A stretch of DNA of 64,000 nucleotides, taken from Mobula hypostoma. Lineage: Eukaryota. The stretch lies in NCBI RefSeq assembly GCF_963921235.1, contig NC_086108.1:24738001-24802000 (forward strand), written 5' to 3'. Shown here in pieces: positions 26,283-37,504 of this stretch (position 1 is its first letter; every line of letters begins with the position of its first letter). A program made the translations under genes and the position numbers. The notes below the pieces were generated by a model. The model did not search any database. It saw nothing but the letters and a program-made list of their open reading frames with translations, and had not been told where the DNA came from.

Positions 26283-27730
26283 ATTGAAAATACACGTGGA
26301 CTAAGATGTTAACTGTCCTGTGCTATCACCAGTGGGATCATTAGTTAATCTGCCACCTGTCTTCAGGAGTTTCAGCCAGCTTATGATCAAGACTCCCTCA
26401 AGATGGTGGGCCATCAGTGCTAAAGCACCACCTCCCACTGGTGAGCTTAAAAACTTGGCACCTGCCTCTATCAGAGTTGTTGGTCACTTCCATCCAACAG
26501 ATAGTCTGCTCTTCAGGTGTCTATGCAGCTACTGAAGGGTTTGCAAAAGATGTATACACTGTCCGACTATCTGCCCCTCTGGACATACTTGGTCCACACC
26601 CATGCTGATCCTGTCTCTGCTGCCTCAGCTACAGCCCTGATGGTGAACTTGATCTGTCTTCTAGTGAAGCCAAGGTCACGCAGCCACTTCTGGAAATTGA
26701 ACACAATAAACCCACGGCAGTCTACTTTGAATGGATAGCATGAGACCTTCCACCCTCTGTCTCTGCACTCTGATTTTAATTCTGCATACTTGGTTAACTT
26801 GTGCTCATGGGCTTCATCAATATTGTCTTCCCAGGGGACTGTGAGTTCACCAATAACCACTTCTCTACAGGTGTCAACCATACGATTATATCTGGACGCA
26901 ATGTGGTGAAAGCTATTTGCTCCGGGAAACTGCCTTTCCCGTCCAGGTCGGCCTTGACACACCAATCATTGGCTGAAGAAAGTATGCTTGATCATGAGCC
27001 TGTGTTGTACACCCTTGACTTGGAGCCTTCTTTCACAAATAATATGCGATGTTCTGTGCAGCATGGGGCATGAGATAAGTTGTGTTGCAGTACTCTCTGG
27101 TCAACTGCTTCTGTTACAACTTTGAGAACGTTGTTATGTCTCCAAATGTACATGCCACTGGAAAGATTGACTCTGCATGTACTCAAAATATGTTGAAGTG
27201 CTCCCTTCTTGCCACAAGCAGCACACCTGTCTGTCTTATCTTCATACCAGGTACTGAGGTTGGCAGGTATTGGGAGCAGATCGTACACTGCTTTGCATAC
27301 AAAAAAAAAGGGGAACGGTTCCATCTGCCACAGAGCATTCCAAGATAGATGTCATTCAACACTTTCCCACCAGCTCCAAGCCCCTTGTTATGCCAGGCTT
27401 TGTTTGGGTCACGGTGCTCTTTACCTGTAGAAGATGACACCACTTTGGGGGTTGTCCATCCAAGTCCCTGGTGGCCTAGCTGGATAGCCCCAAATGTCTC
27501 CTTGTGCTTCAATCTAGACTCTGCCTCATCAACTGCTACATGGGCTGACCACTTCCTGCCTGATTTCACATTCGGCTAGGTGTTCTTGATGACAGGGTCT
27601 TTTGAGTCTCGAAGCATCAAGGATGATCTTACCTTGGCTACCTTGACCTCTTTGACAAGGGATTGCACTGGGATGGTAAGCTTTGTCTGGCTACTGTGGA
27701 TTGCAACATTGGTGATCCATCATTGCAACA
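26283..27730 (-). mobile_element. HERO-like (R2/NeSL group) RLE-type non-LTR retrotransposon, 5'-truncated
   Basis: KSGRKWSAHVAVDEAESRL, VYDLLPIPANLSTW, CCHC finger CAACGKKGALQHILSTC, WRHNNVL, RLE motif VVIGELTVPWEDNIDEAHEHKLTKY...CRGF. 3' tail ttcaattcaa. Confidence 0.85.
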
Positions 27731-30700
27731 GTTTCACCTATCACCTTGTGTTTCTTTCTCCCCTTTCCCCACTTTTAACACTAACTCCTCATCTTTTTCC
27801 CTCCAGTCCTGATGAAGGATCTCAGCCTGAAACGTTGATTGTTTACTCCTTTCCATAGATGCTGCCTGGCCTGCTGAGTTCCTCCAGCATTTTGTGTGTG
27901 TTGCATAGATTTCCAGCATCTGCAGATTTTCTCTTGTTTGTGATCATACCTTAGGGTTATATATGGTGACATATATGTACTTTGATCATAAAATTTACTT
28001 TGATCTGTGAACAATGCATATTATAGGTATTTCTTTCTTTTATGTGTAATAGTCTGTACATCTTAACACATACACAAACAACCATCAAAGCTGGTATTGC
28101 AATCAGTTCAATCAAAGTTCTAATCATTCTTGTTTTTGCATAAAATACATACCCCCAAAATGCCGCACAATTGTGTTCAGCAATAGAAAGCAAATTTTTT
28201 AAAGATGTTTTACTAGCTAGTTTCTGAAGAAACTTGCAAGTAAGGAAAATACAATAAGCAGCCCCAGGAACATTTGGTTGGGCAGGCAAGACAAACTTGT
28301 CAGAGCGATTGGAATCCTTAGAACCTCTTGGAGATTCAAAGATATGAGAAGATGACAGGTTTAGTGGAAACAACTGAATTTTGTCCATAGGTCACAAAGT
28401 ATCATCTTCACATCAAAAACAAGAATGATTTAAATTCATCTCTTGCTACCAGTCTCATGACATGAACCATTATCTGGCTGACAAACATAATGGGTCACTG
28501 AAAGTGGCGTTCATGAGCTTTCAGTTTTTTCTGCCACCCAAATCGAATCAACAGAGGATGTTTCACCCAGCCAGAGACTAACGATTTAAAAAGTAACGTT
28601 TGCAGGGTTTTGGCTTTTTCTATTAGCGCATTTATATTGTAATTCATTAGCAAGGGCAAATAAAAATAAGGAAGAGACAAGCAGAGTAGCCTTTGTTGGT
28701 GTGGACCAGTGCTTGAGTGGGAAGGCTTTGGCTAAACAAGTTTGGGCAAGCTAAGTTTCTGCTAAGTTTCTACTTCATTATCCATCTGTTAGTGCATAGC
28801 TAGTGCAACGAGAATGGCTCCAAGAGCTGAGTTGTGTTCTGTGTGTGAGATGTAGGAATTTTGGGAGATTTCCAGCCTTCTGGATAAACACATCTGCACT
28901 AGATGCATTGAGCTGCAGCTCTTCAACAAATGTATTAACGAATTGGAGCTGCAGCCTGATGACCTTCAGCTCATAAGGGAAAATGAGGAGGTGATAGACA
29001 GGAGCTGTAGAAAGGTAGTCACCCCTAAGTTGAAGGAAGTAGGTAATTGTTTGACTGTCAGGAGAGGGAAAGGAAACGGGCAGTCAGTGCAGAGTAACCC
29101 TGTGGCTGTTCCCCTCAATGATAAGTACAGTATAGTGCTTTGGATACTGTTGAGGGGAATGACCTACCGGGGGAGCTGGAGCAACTGGGTCAGGTACTGA
29201 GTCTGGCACTATGGTTCAAAAGGGAAGGAGGGAGAAGAGAACTGCAGTGTGATGGGGGATTCCATAGTTACAGGAGTAAAGATGAGAATCTGTGGATGTG
29301 AAAGAGACGCCCAGATGATACATTGCCTCTCAGGCGCCAGAGTCAGGGGCATCTTGGATCGGGCTCCACAGAACTCTAAAGTGGGATGGTGAGAAGTCTT
29401 GGTACATATTGGAACCAGTTACACGGGTAAGAAAAGAGAGGCGGCCCTGAAAAGAGAACTTAGGGAATGTGGTAGAAAGCTGAAAAGCAGAACCTCCAGG
29501 GTAATAATTTCTGGATTGCTGCATGTGCCACACACCAGTTAGGGTAAGAATAGGATGATTTGGCAGATGAATACATGGCTGAGGAACTCGTGCAGGGGCA
29601 GGGCTTTGGAATCTTTTCTGGGGAAGTATGATCTGTACAAAAGGGATGAGTTACACATGAACCCGAAGGAACCAATATCAGTTGGGCAGATTTGTTAGAG
29701 CTTGTTGGGGAGGGTTTAAACTAATTTAGCGTAGGGATAAGAACTGGAGTGATAGGGCTAAGGATGGGGCAGTTGGTATACAGACAGATGCAGTGTGTAG
29801 GGAGACAGTAAGGAAGGACAGGAAGATGACAGAGCTAAATTGTAGTCAGTGGGATGAGTGGCAGTGTAACATGGAGACAAAATTGAAAAGGGTGAAGAAT
29901 ACATGACTGAAATGCATGCAATATATGGAATAAGGTAAATTACCTTATGATGCACTTAGAGATTGGCAGGTATGACATTGTGGGCATCACTGAGTTGTAG
30001 CTGAAAGAAGATTATAGTTGGGAACTTAAAATCCAAGGATAGACATTGTCTCAAAAGGACAAGCAGGTATGGGTCTATTGGTAAAAAATGAAATCAGATC
30101 CTTAGAAAGAAGTGATATAGGATGAAAAGAAACCTTCTGAGTAGAGTTAAAAAACTGCAAGGATAAAAAGACCCTGATGGGAATTGTATTCAAGCCTCCA
30201 AATAGTAGCCAGGATGTGAGATACAAATTAAAATGGGAGGTAGAAAAGGCATGTAAAAAGGGCAATATTATGATCATCATGGGAGATTTCATTCAGCAGA
30301 TATTTCTCTTCTTCATGTGCCTTGCGCGTTACACGCTTGGGCAATTATGGCTCTCCACATCGAATGATCCCTCACAGCGTCAATGATATCTCACACACTT
30401 AGATCTGTTAGTTCTTTCACAATGTCCATATCTTTTCTTCTTTGCCTTCTTCTGCTGCGTTTCCCAGGCATACTGCCTTGTAATGTAAGGCATTCTATTT
30501 CTCCCTTTCTGATGACATGGCCCAGGAACTTAAATTTCCTCTATTCCAGTGTTCTCATTAAAAATCTTTTTGTATGTGCACGTTGGAGTACTGTCTCATT
30601 AGTTACCCTATCTCTATATGATATTTTCAGCATTCTTCTAAGAAACCATATTTCTGTTGCTTCTAAGTTTCTGTGGAGTTCTGGTGTTATAGTCCATGTT

Positions 30701-30853
30701 TCGGAAGCATACAGCAAGATTGACCAGCTGTAATATTTTAGTAGCCTAAACCTTGTTGTCATAGAAATGTGTCCGTTGGTAAAAATGGGTTTCATTTTTT
30801 GGAAGTTGATTTTGGCAATGGCAATTCTTCTTTTTATTTCTACTTTACTTCTA

Positions 30854-31047
30854 GGGGTGTATGGGGTGTCAGGGAGGGGTAGCACCTCTGGTGGGGTAAC
30901 ATGCCGCGTCCTTTTCAAGGCGGTTAGTCCACCATTGGTCCCCACCTGGCACTCAGCTCTCACCTGTGGCTCCCCGTAGCTGTTTGCATGTGACAGCGGC
31001 CAGACCCTGGGCAACGGTTTCGAAAAACCGGCTAAACCAGGTGAGGG
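30854..31047 (+). ncRNA. HDV-like self-cleaving ribozyme (predicted)
   Basis: P1 ggggtgt/agaccct, P2 ctctcacctg/caggtgaggg, P3 ggc/gcc, P1.1 cc/gg, P4 cggttt-cgaa-aaaccg, J4/2 gCtaaac. Confidence 0.7.
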
Positions 31048-31416
31048 TAGCTGACGGGTCTCAAACCCTCGGTGAGGTAGGGAGTTGTCTATCCCAGCAT
31101 GTGAAGACAGACTCTGGCGGATTGAGCGGACAAGACTTATGGAAGGTCCAACGGTCAAGAAGGCGGTCTCTGCAAGCGTCGTGGAACGTGTAGAGCAGGA
31201 CAAGACACAGAAGACATCCTGGTCATCCACTGTGCCTAGTCCCATCTCCAGCCGTCTCGACTCTGTCTTGCCGCTGGATCCAGATGGGAATTGGGAAGAG
31301 AGAGTGAGGCTGACGCTGCGCAACTCTCCCTCACTTAAATCCAAATCACGCGCTAGTCTTGACACCATCATAATGGTGTCAAGGTCCTCATCGACGTCGT
31401 CGATGGATGAACGCAC
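30854..31416 (+). mobile_element. Non-coding retro-element with 5' HDV-like ribozyme and 3' hairpins
   Basis: TSD actttacttc[t/c]a (30842-30853 / 31417-31428). 3' hairpin cttgacaccat-cata-atggtgtcaag. Confidence 0.85.
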
Positions 31417-31559
31417 ACTTTACTTCCAGCATCTTGTGATATAAAACTACCAAGGTAATTAAAGCTGGTCTTTTGTTCAATCTCTTGGTTACCCTTGTAC
31501 AATTGGCAGTTGGAAGTATCCTGCTGTTTTGATATTATCATACATTTTGTTTTTTTACA

Positions 31560-32150
31560 GTTTAGATTATGATTATGAGGACACGCAGTCCCCTTTTATT
31601 GTCATTTAGTAATGCATGTATTAAGAAATGATACATTTTTCCAGAATGATATCACGAAAACACCTGACAAACCGACTTAAAAACTAACCAAAACCACATA
31701 ATTATAACATATAGTTACAACAGTGCAAAGCAATACCGTAATTTGATAAGAACAGACCATGGCACAGTAAAAGTCTCAAAGTCTCTCGGAAGTCCCATCA
31801 TCTCACGCAGACGATAAACCTGCAGCGCCGCAAACTTGCCGATGCAGCATTCTGGAAGCGTCCGACCACAGCCCGACTCCAAGTCCGTCCGAAAACTCCG
31901 AGCCTCTGACCACCTCTTCGACACCGAGCACCGAGCACCATCTCTGGCGAGCGCTTCGACCCCGGCCCCGTCAGCAGGCGATACGCAAAGCCGAGGATTT
32001 AGGGCCTTCATCTCTGGAGATCCTCGATCGCACAGTAGCAGCGGCAACAAAGCAGGCATTTCAGACGTTACTCCAGATGTTCCTCCGCACTTCTCACAGC
32101 TGTCTCCATCAAATCTGGATTGTGCACGCCATCCTACTTCACAAATATGA
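31560..32150 (-). mobile_element. Non-coding CpG-rich repeat with LINE-like 3' tail (non-autonomous, family unknown)
   Basis: Minus-strand end ...gacaataaaagggg...cctcataatcataatctaaa (AATAAA plus short tandem tail). CpG-rich body unlike the flanks. Confidence 0.5.
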
Positions 32151-35100
32151 TATTCGACAGTTGATGATTAGACCAAACTCTGCACTTGTTTGCAGTTTTT
32201 GAAAACCAACAAAAGGCAACTAAAAAGTTATGAGGAGGGAAAAGATGAAATATGAAGCTAAGCTCGCCCACAATATCAAAGAGGATACCAAAAGTTTTTG
32301 TCAGATATAGGAAGAGTGAAAGAGAGGTATAAGTAGATATTGAACTGCTGGAAAGTGCAGCTGGAGATGTAGCAACTGGGGACAAGGAAATGATGGATGA
32401 ACTGAATAAGTAGTTTGCATCAGTCTTCACTGTGGTTCAAGAGGTTCAAGAGTGCCGGGGAGGGGGGAGATGTGAGTGCAATTTCTATTATTAGAGAGAA
32501 GATGCTTGAAAAGCTGAAAAACCTGAAGGTAGATAAGTCACCTGGACCAGATAGACTACACCCAGGGTTCTGAGAGAAGTAGCTGAAGAGATTGTGGAGA
32601 CACTAGTAACAATCTTTCAAGAATCTCTAGTTGCTGGAATAGTTCTGGAGGACTGGAAAATTGCAAATGTTACTCTATACTTCAAGAAGGGAGGGAGGCA
32701 GGAGAAAGAAAATTATAGGCAAGTTAGCATGACCTCAGTGATTGAGAAGGAATTTTGTTAAGGGTGAGGTCTCGGAGTACTTAAAGGCACATGATGAAAT
32801 AGGCCAAAGTCACCATGGTTTCCTTTGGGGAAAATCTCGCCCAGCATATCCATTTGCATCCTTCGAGGAAATTACAAGCAGAAGAGACAAAGGAGAATCT
32901 GTGGGTGCTGTGTACTTGGATTTTCAAAAAGCCTTTGACAAGGTGCCACAAGCGAGGCTGTTTACCAAGAGTCTATGTATTACAGAAAAGATACCAGCAT
33001 GGATAAAGGATTAACTGATTGGCAGGAGGCAAAGAGTTGGAACAAAGGGAACTTTTAATGGTTGGCTGCCAGTGACTTGTGGGGTTCTACAGGGGTCAGT
33101 GTTGAGACCACTTCTTTTTATGTAATACATCAATGATTTGGATGACGGAGCTGATGGCTTTGTGTCCAAGTTTGCAGACAATATGAAGAAAGGTGGAAGG
33201 GTAGGTGGTGTTGAGGAAGCAGGGAGTTTGCAGACAGACAGATACGGAGAATTAGCAAAGTGACAGAAAGAATACAGTTTTGGGAAGTGTATAATCATGC
33301 TCTTTGAAAGAAGGAATAAAAACGTAGACTATTTTCTCAATGGAGAAAATTCAAATATCAGAAGTGCAAAATGACTAGGGAGTTCTTGTGCAGGAATTTC
33401 TAAAGGTTAACTTGCAGCTGTGTCGGTGGTGAGGAAGGCAAACAAAATGTTATCATTCGTTTCAGGAGGACTAGAACATAAAAGCAAGGATGTAATGCTG
33501 AGGCTTTATAAGGCATTGGTCAGACCACACTTGGAGAATAGTGAACAGTTTTGGGTCCCTTATCTAAGAACAGATGTTTTGTTATTGGAAAAAGTTCAAA
33601 GGAGGTCACAAGAATGATTCCAGGAATGAAAGAGTTATTGTCTGAGAAGCGTTTGGTGGCTCTGAGCCTGTATTCACTGGAATTTAGAAGAATGCTGGGG
33701 GGAGTCTCATTGAAACCTATCAAATGTTAACAGGCCTAGATAGAGTGGATGTGAAGAGGTTGCTTCCTATAGTGGGGGAGTCTAGGACAAGTGGGCACAG
33801 CCTCAAGATAGAGGGAAATCCACTTAGAATGAAGATGAATAGAAATTTCCTTAGCCATAGGATGGTGAATCTATGGAATTCATTGCCATGATGACTGTGG
33901 AGGCCAGGTTGTAGGATATCTTTAATGGTATATAAGCAGAAGTTTTTAGGTTCTTGATTACTCAGGGCATAAATGGTTACAGGGAGAATGGGGTTGAGAG
34001 AGAAAATGGATTAGCCGTGATGAAATTGTAGAGCAGATTTGATGAGCATAATGGTCTAATTCTGCTGTAATGTCTCAAAACAGCTAGACTACATTCATGA
34101 AGTAGTAAGCTTGAAAATTAAGGCTGAATTATAGTATACAGAAGTGATTTTCAAGAGTAACTTTCATTAATGTACAATGTTTTGTGATGCTAAAAATGCT
34201 AAGTCAATTTCTTGGAACTTACTCATACAATAATGATGTTGATTCAAAAATATGAACACAGGTAACTAAAAACTGAGACTTCTTAAAATGTGCCTTAGAC
34301 ACAACTATCAATGGAAGAACTTGACAATTAGAGTTTGAGGAATGCCAACTTGTTGGAGACATATAGAACTGGGAAAAGTGAGACAACTGGGGGACTTAAA
34401 CATGACAGTGAGAAACTTGAAGATGAATTGTTGCTAAATTAATGGCCAAATATAGGACAAGAAGAAGGGTGATGGGACTTAATGTGAATCAGGATGCAGA
34501 TGGAGGTTTGAATGAGTTCACCTTTATGGAGGGTGCAAAAGCTTAAGCATATCAGATTCACAAGTCTGGAGACAACAAAAGAATGAATGAACTAAGAAGG
34601 TATGAAGATTCCAGCAGTGAATTTTCTGAGAAAGTAGTTAAAAAGAAATGTTAATTGGTGGATATGAAAAAAGTCCATAACCAAAATACAGAAAAACTTA
34701 GGTAACATTCTCCGGGCACAGCGGCAGGCCTTTGTCTGTCCAGCAGCAAAGCGATCCCATCACATTTGCCTCGATGTTTCCATCTCCCCCGTTGCTTTAA
34801 TCAGTAAAATGGAGTTGAATATCAGCTCATGCTCATCCTGCAGCCTGCTCACCACAAGGTTTGCACACGCTGCCTCTCCCTCCCAGAATCCTCTCAAGAG
34901 ACTGCAGAGTGCTGAAACATCCAAACAATCTCCAAACTGCAAATCACAGGCTCGAACAGTTCCAGAAACATGTTCAAGATGAAAGACAAATGTAAGAGTC
35001 ATAAAAGAAGTGAAATATATGGTTTCATGATCTATCCAGAAGACATCGATTGAAAGAGCATTGTATGCAGATGCCATCTTGACCGACAGTCAAATTTAGA

Positions 35101-36506
35101 ATTGTGCATCTTTGATTTTAAAAAGTAATATTATAATAAAACAAACTCAGTGGAACAACAGAAATACAGCCTTGAGAGTGATGTGGTCAACTACATCAAA
35201 TATAGCAGGCACTGCAGAAAAATGGTGGGATTGATTAATCTGACAAACATATATACTTAGTTATCTTTAATGACCTAAACAGGGCTCTTTCAACATGGTG
35301 ACAGAGGTGGTTAATCTAATTGGAAAGACTTAGCCTTGGCCCTGCAGGAGTGTGGACAACATATTCAAGACAACACAAGAGACTTCAGATGTTGGAATTT
35401 GGATGGAAAAATGAGATCACTCACCATGATGGATGTGTATGTAACCATACATTAAACTCTAAAATCACAGACACAGATTTTAGCCTCTGGATTCAGCGCA
35501 GGCTTCTCATTGACAATCCTGGTGAGTCCATGAGCCTTTACTTTTTTTGGAATAAACTTCTAGCATCCAAGCCAGCATAATCAGTTCCTGATTAAATGGC
35601 ATGTTTGTTCATCAGTCACAGACACCCACCACTGACTGAGCTGCAAATGGAAATGTCCTTCCTCATAAATGATATTGCTTTCAAAACAGTGGGAAATTAT
35701 TTGCATAATGTTCCTTCCACATTGTATGTACTTCCACTTATTACCACATTTTAAACATTAAACCATGCACTTTAGACTACCACCACCCCCTCCAAAGCAC
35801 CATATTCATGTGGATTTAAACAATGGAAACTTATACAGAGAAATTAAGCCACTTTCTGTAAAAAACAATCTTTCCCAACATGCAAGATCCATGGAAAATG
35901 AGATGTGCTGTGTTCAAAATAAGTAAAGCATTAATGATTTTTCCAGTATGAAGAACAGTAGCCTATTCTGTTAGGCTGCAAATAACCCATAAAGTTGCCT
36001 GCCATGAAACTGAATAAATATTATAAACATCAGTTTATTCAACTGCCACCTCCAGTACAAAGCATGATAGAGTCCATGCTAAATATAAGCACAAGAGTAC
36101 ATTACCACAAGTAACAGCATATTCCCTGAGATGCCACACGATACTTTGTGAATGTCCTATACATACTACACGGGAAGATTTTTTGGGGTCGGAGATATTG
36201 ATAACTAATTACATCACATAAATTTATTGGTTCCAGTAAATAGATCATTTAGCAGATTTACTGAGCTCTTCTACCAAAGCTTACTCTTTTTCCTTGTCAA
36301 TGATTAATGCCAAGGAAGGGCTAGTCTACAGAGAGCCATCTGCAGGCTTGTGTGAAGTAACTATACTGCTTCGTGGGTCACTGTCCCAAAGTAAAACATT
36401 TAAATTTCAGGATCTAGTTGCAACTACCATATTTGCTCTTACTACAGTTGTGTCCAGTAATGAGGAAGGATGATTAAAAGGAAAACTCAGCATTGTCACA
36501 GTTTCA

Positions 36507-36630
36507 AACAACAGAAATTCTGCAGATGTTGGAAATTCAAGCAACACACATCAAAGTTGCTGGTGAACGCAGCAGGCCAGGCAGCATCTCTAGGAAGAGG
36601 TACAGTCGACGTTTCAGGCCGAGACCCTTC
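36507..36630 (-). mobile_element. Short PLE-end copy of the young family
   Basis: Near-identical to 6321-6410 plus its terminal extension; truncated within the hammerhead core. Confidence 0.85.
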
Positions 36631-36643
36631 TCATTACCTTTGA

Positions 36644-36723
36644 GAAGGAGTTCCTAACCTTTTTTATGTCATGGACCAATACCATTAAGCAGGGGGTCTG
36701 AGGATCCCAGTCTGGGAACCCTT
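36644..36723. mobile_element. Decayed hAT/Charlie-like MITE
   Basis: Imperfect TIRs aaggagttcctaacct / agtctgggaaccctt. Confidence 0.5.
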
Positions 36724-37504
36724 AGACACTCCTGTATCCCACTGTCTTATGTCTATATTTAAATTAATCATCCTAATTCCAAACACAAGCAACAGTAATT
36801 CTGCTTAGATCGGTGAAGACTGCTACAACCTCATCACCAGTCAGCTACAGACCAATAGGTTTGAGAAAAGCAGCTCATTTGGACTATGACTGAATGATCT
36901 CATTTTGAAGACTCAAGTTAAGACAGAGGCAGGCAAATAAAAATCTGCCTCCCACCATAAACTTTACAACCCGATTCATCAACATTACTGTGACCCTTCA
37001 TCACAGTTTTGAGTCTGTCATGAAGACATACTGATGTGATTGTCACTGCCAGACATGCAGTGAGCTCTGTGGCTGATAGGCAAACTTAACTGCTGATGTT
37101 GTCAAGGGCACCTTGCCCACGTGTTTGAATTCAGAAATGATACAGCCTGCTGGAGTCTAGCTTGTGTTTTAAGGCTCACAAATAAGGTGCTGTTAAACAG
37201 TGTCTGCTGTTTTGAGCCTCAATAACCATTAATAAATGTTAGTTAAGAAACCTTGTAAACAGTTGTAGGTTTGACTTGACAAAGAAATTTACAATACAGG
37301 AAACGTCTGAAATGTCCATGCCATTTGACAAAGAGTTACTCATCATATCCTCACCTGGCAACTCCAGGTCAGTAGCCTTCAGGTAGGGCTCTTCAAGCAC
37401 AAATCCAAGTACTTCACACTCTGAGTTTTTGACTTTACTATCCTTTCAGGCAAGTTCTAGTTCATAGACCAGGTGAAAACAAAATCCCAAAACTCTTCTA
37501 ACCT

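Larger units (their letters stand above)
24865..28006 (+). mobile_element. Rex/L2-type LINE 3' end disrupted by nested PLE and HERO insertions
   Basis: A 3'UTR-like segment (24865-25070) continues as accttagggttatatatggtgacatatatgtactttga (26246 and 27948) and then tcataaaatttactttga. Confidence 0.55.
30293..31445 (-). mobile_element. RTE-clade LINE 3' fragment, interrupted at 30854-31416
   Basis: EIKRRIAIAKINF...SILLYASETWT...LEATEIWFLRRMLKISYRDRVTNETVLQR; (GAA)-type tail near 30306-30314. Confidence 0.85.
28680..34075 (+). mobile_element. Decayed CR1 LINE (ORF1 zinc finger/zipper + SGNH esterase, ORF2 EN-RT) carrying nested insertions at 30293-32165
   Basis: CSVCEM...HICTRC, ELELQPDDL, GDS, HIGT, VYLDFQKAFDKVP, LYKALVRPHLE; CR1 3' end near 34050. 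Confidence 0.85.

Noticed and set aside
30541..31416. 291-aa ORF
   Set aside because: Antisense read-through of the non-coding insertion fused to an RTE fragment.
37355..37420. Minus-strand exon candidate with a strong cag/gtgagg donor
   Set aside because: Weak acceptor, upstream stop in frame, and phase incompatible with the other candidate chain.
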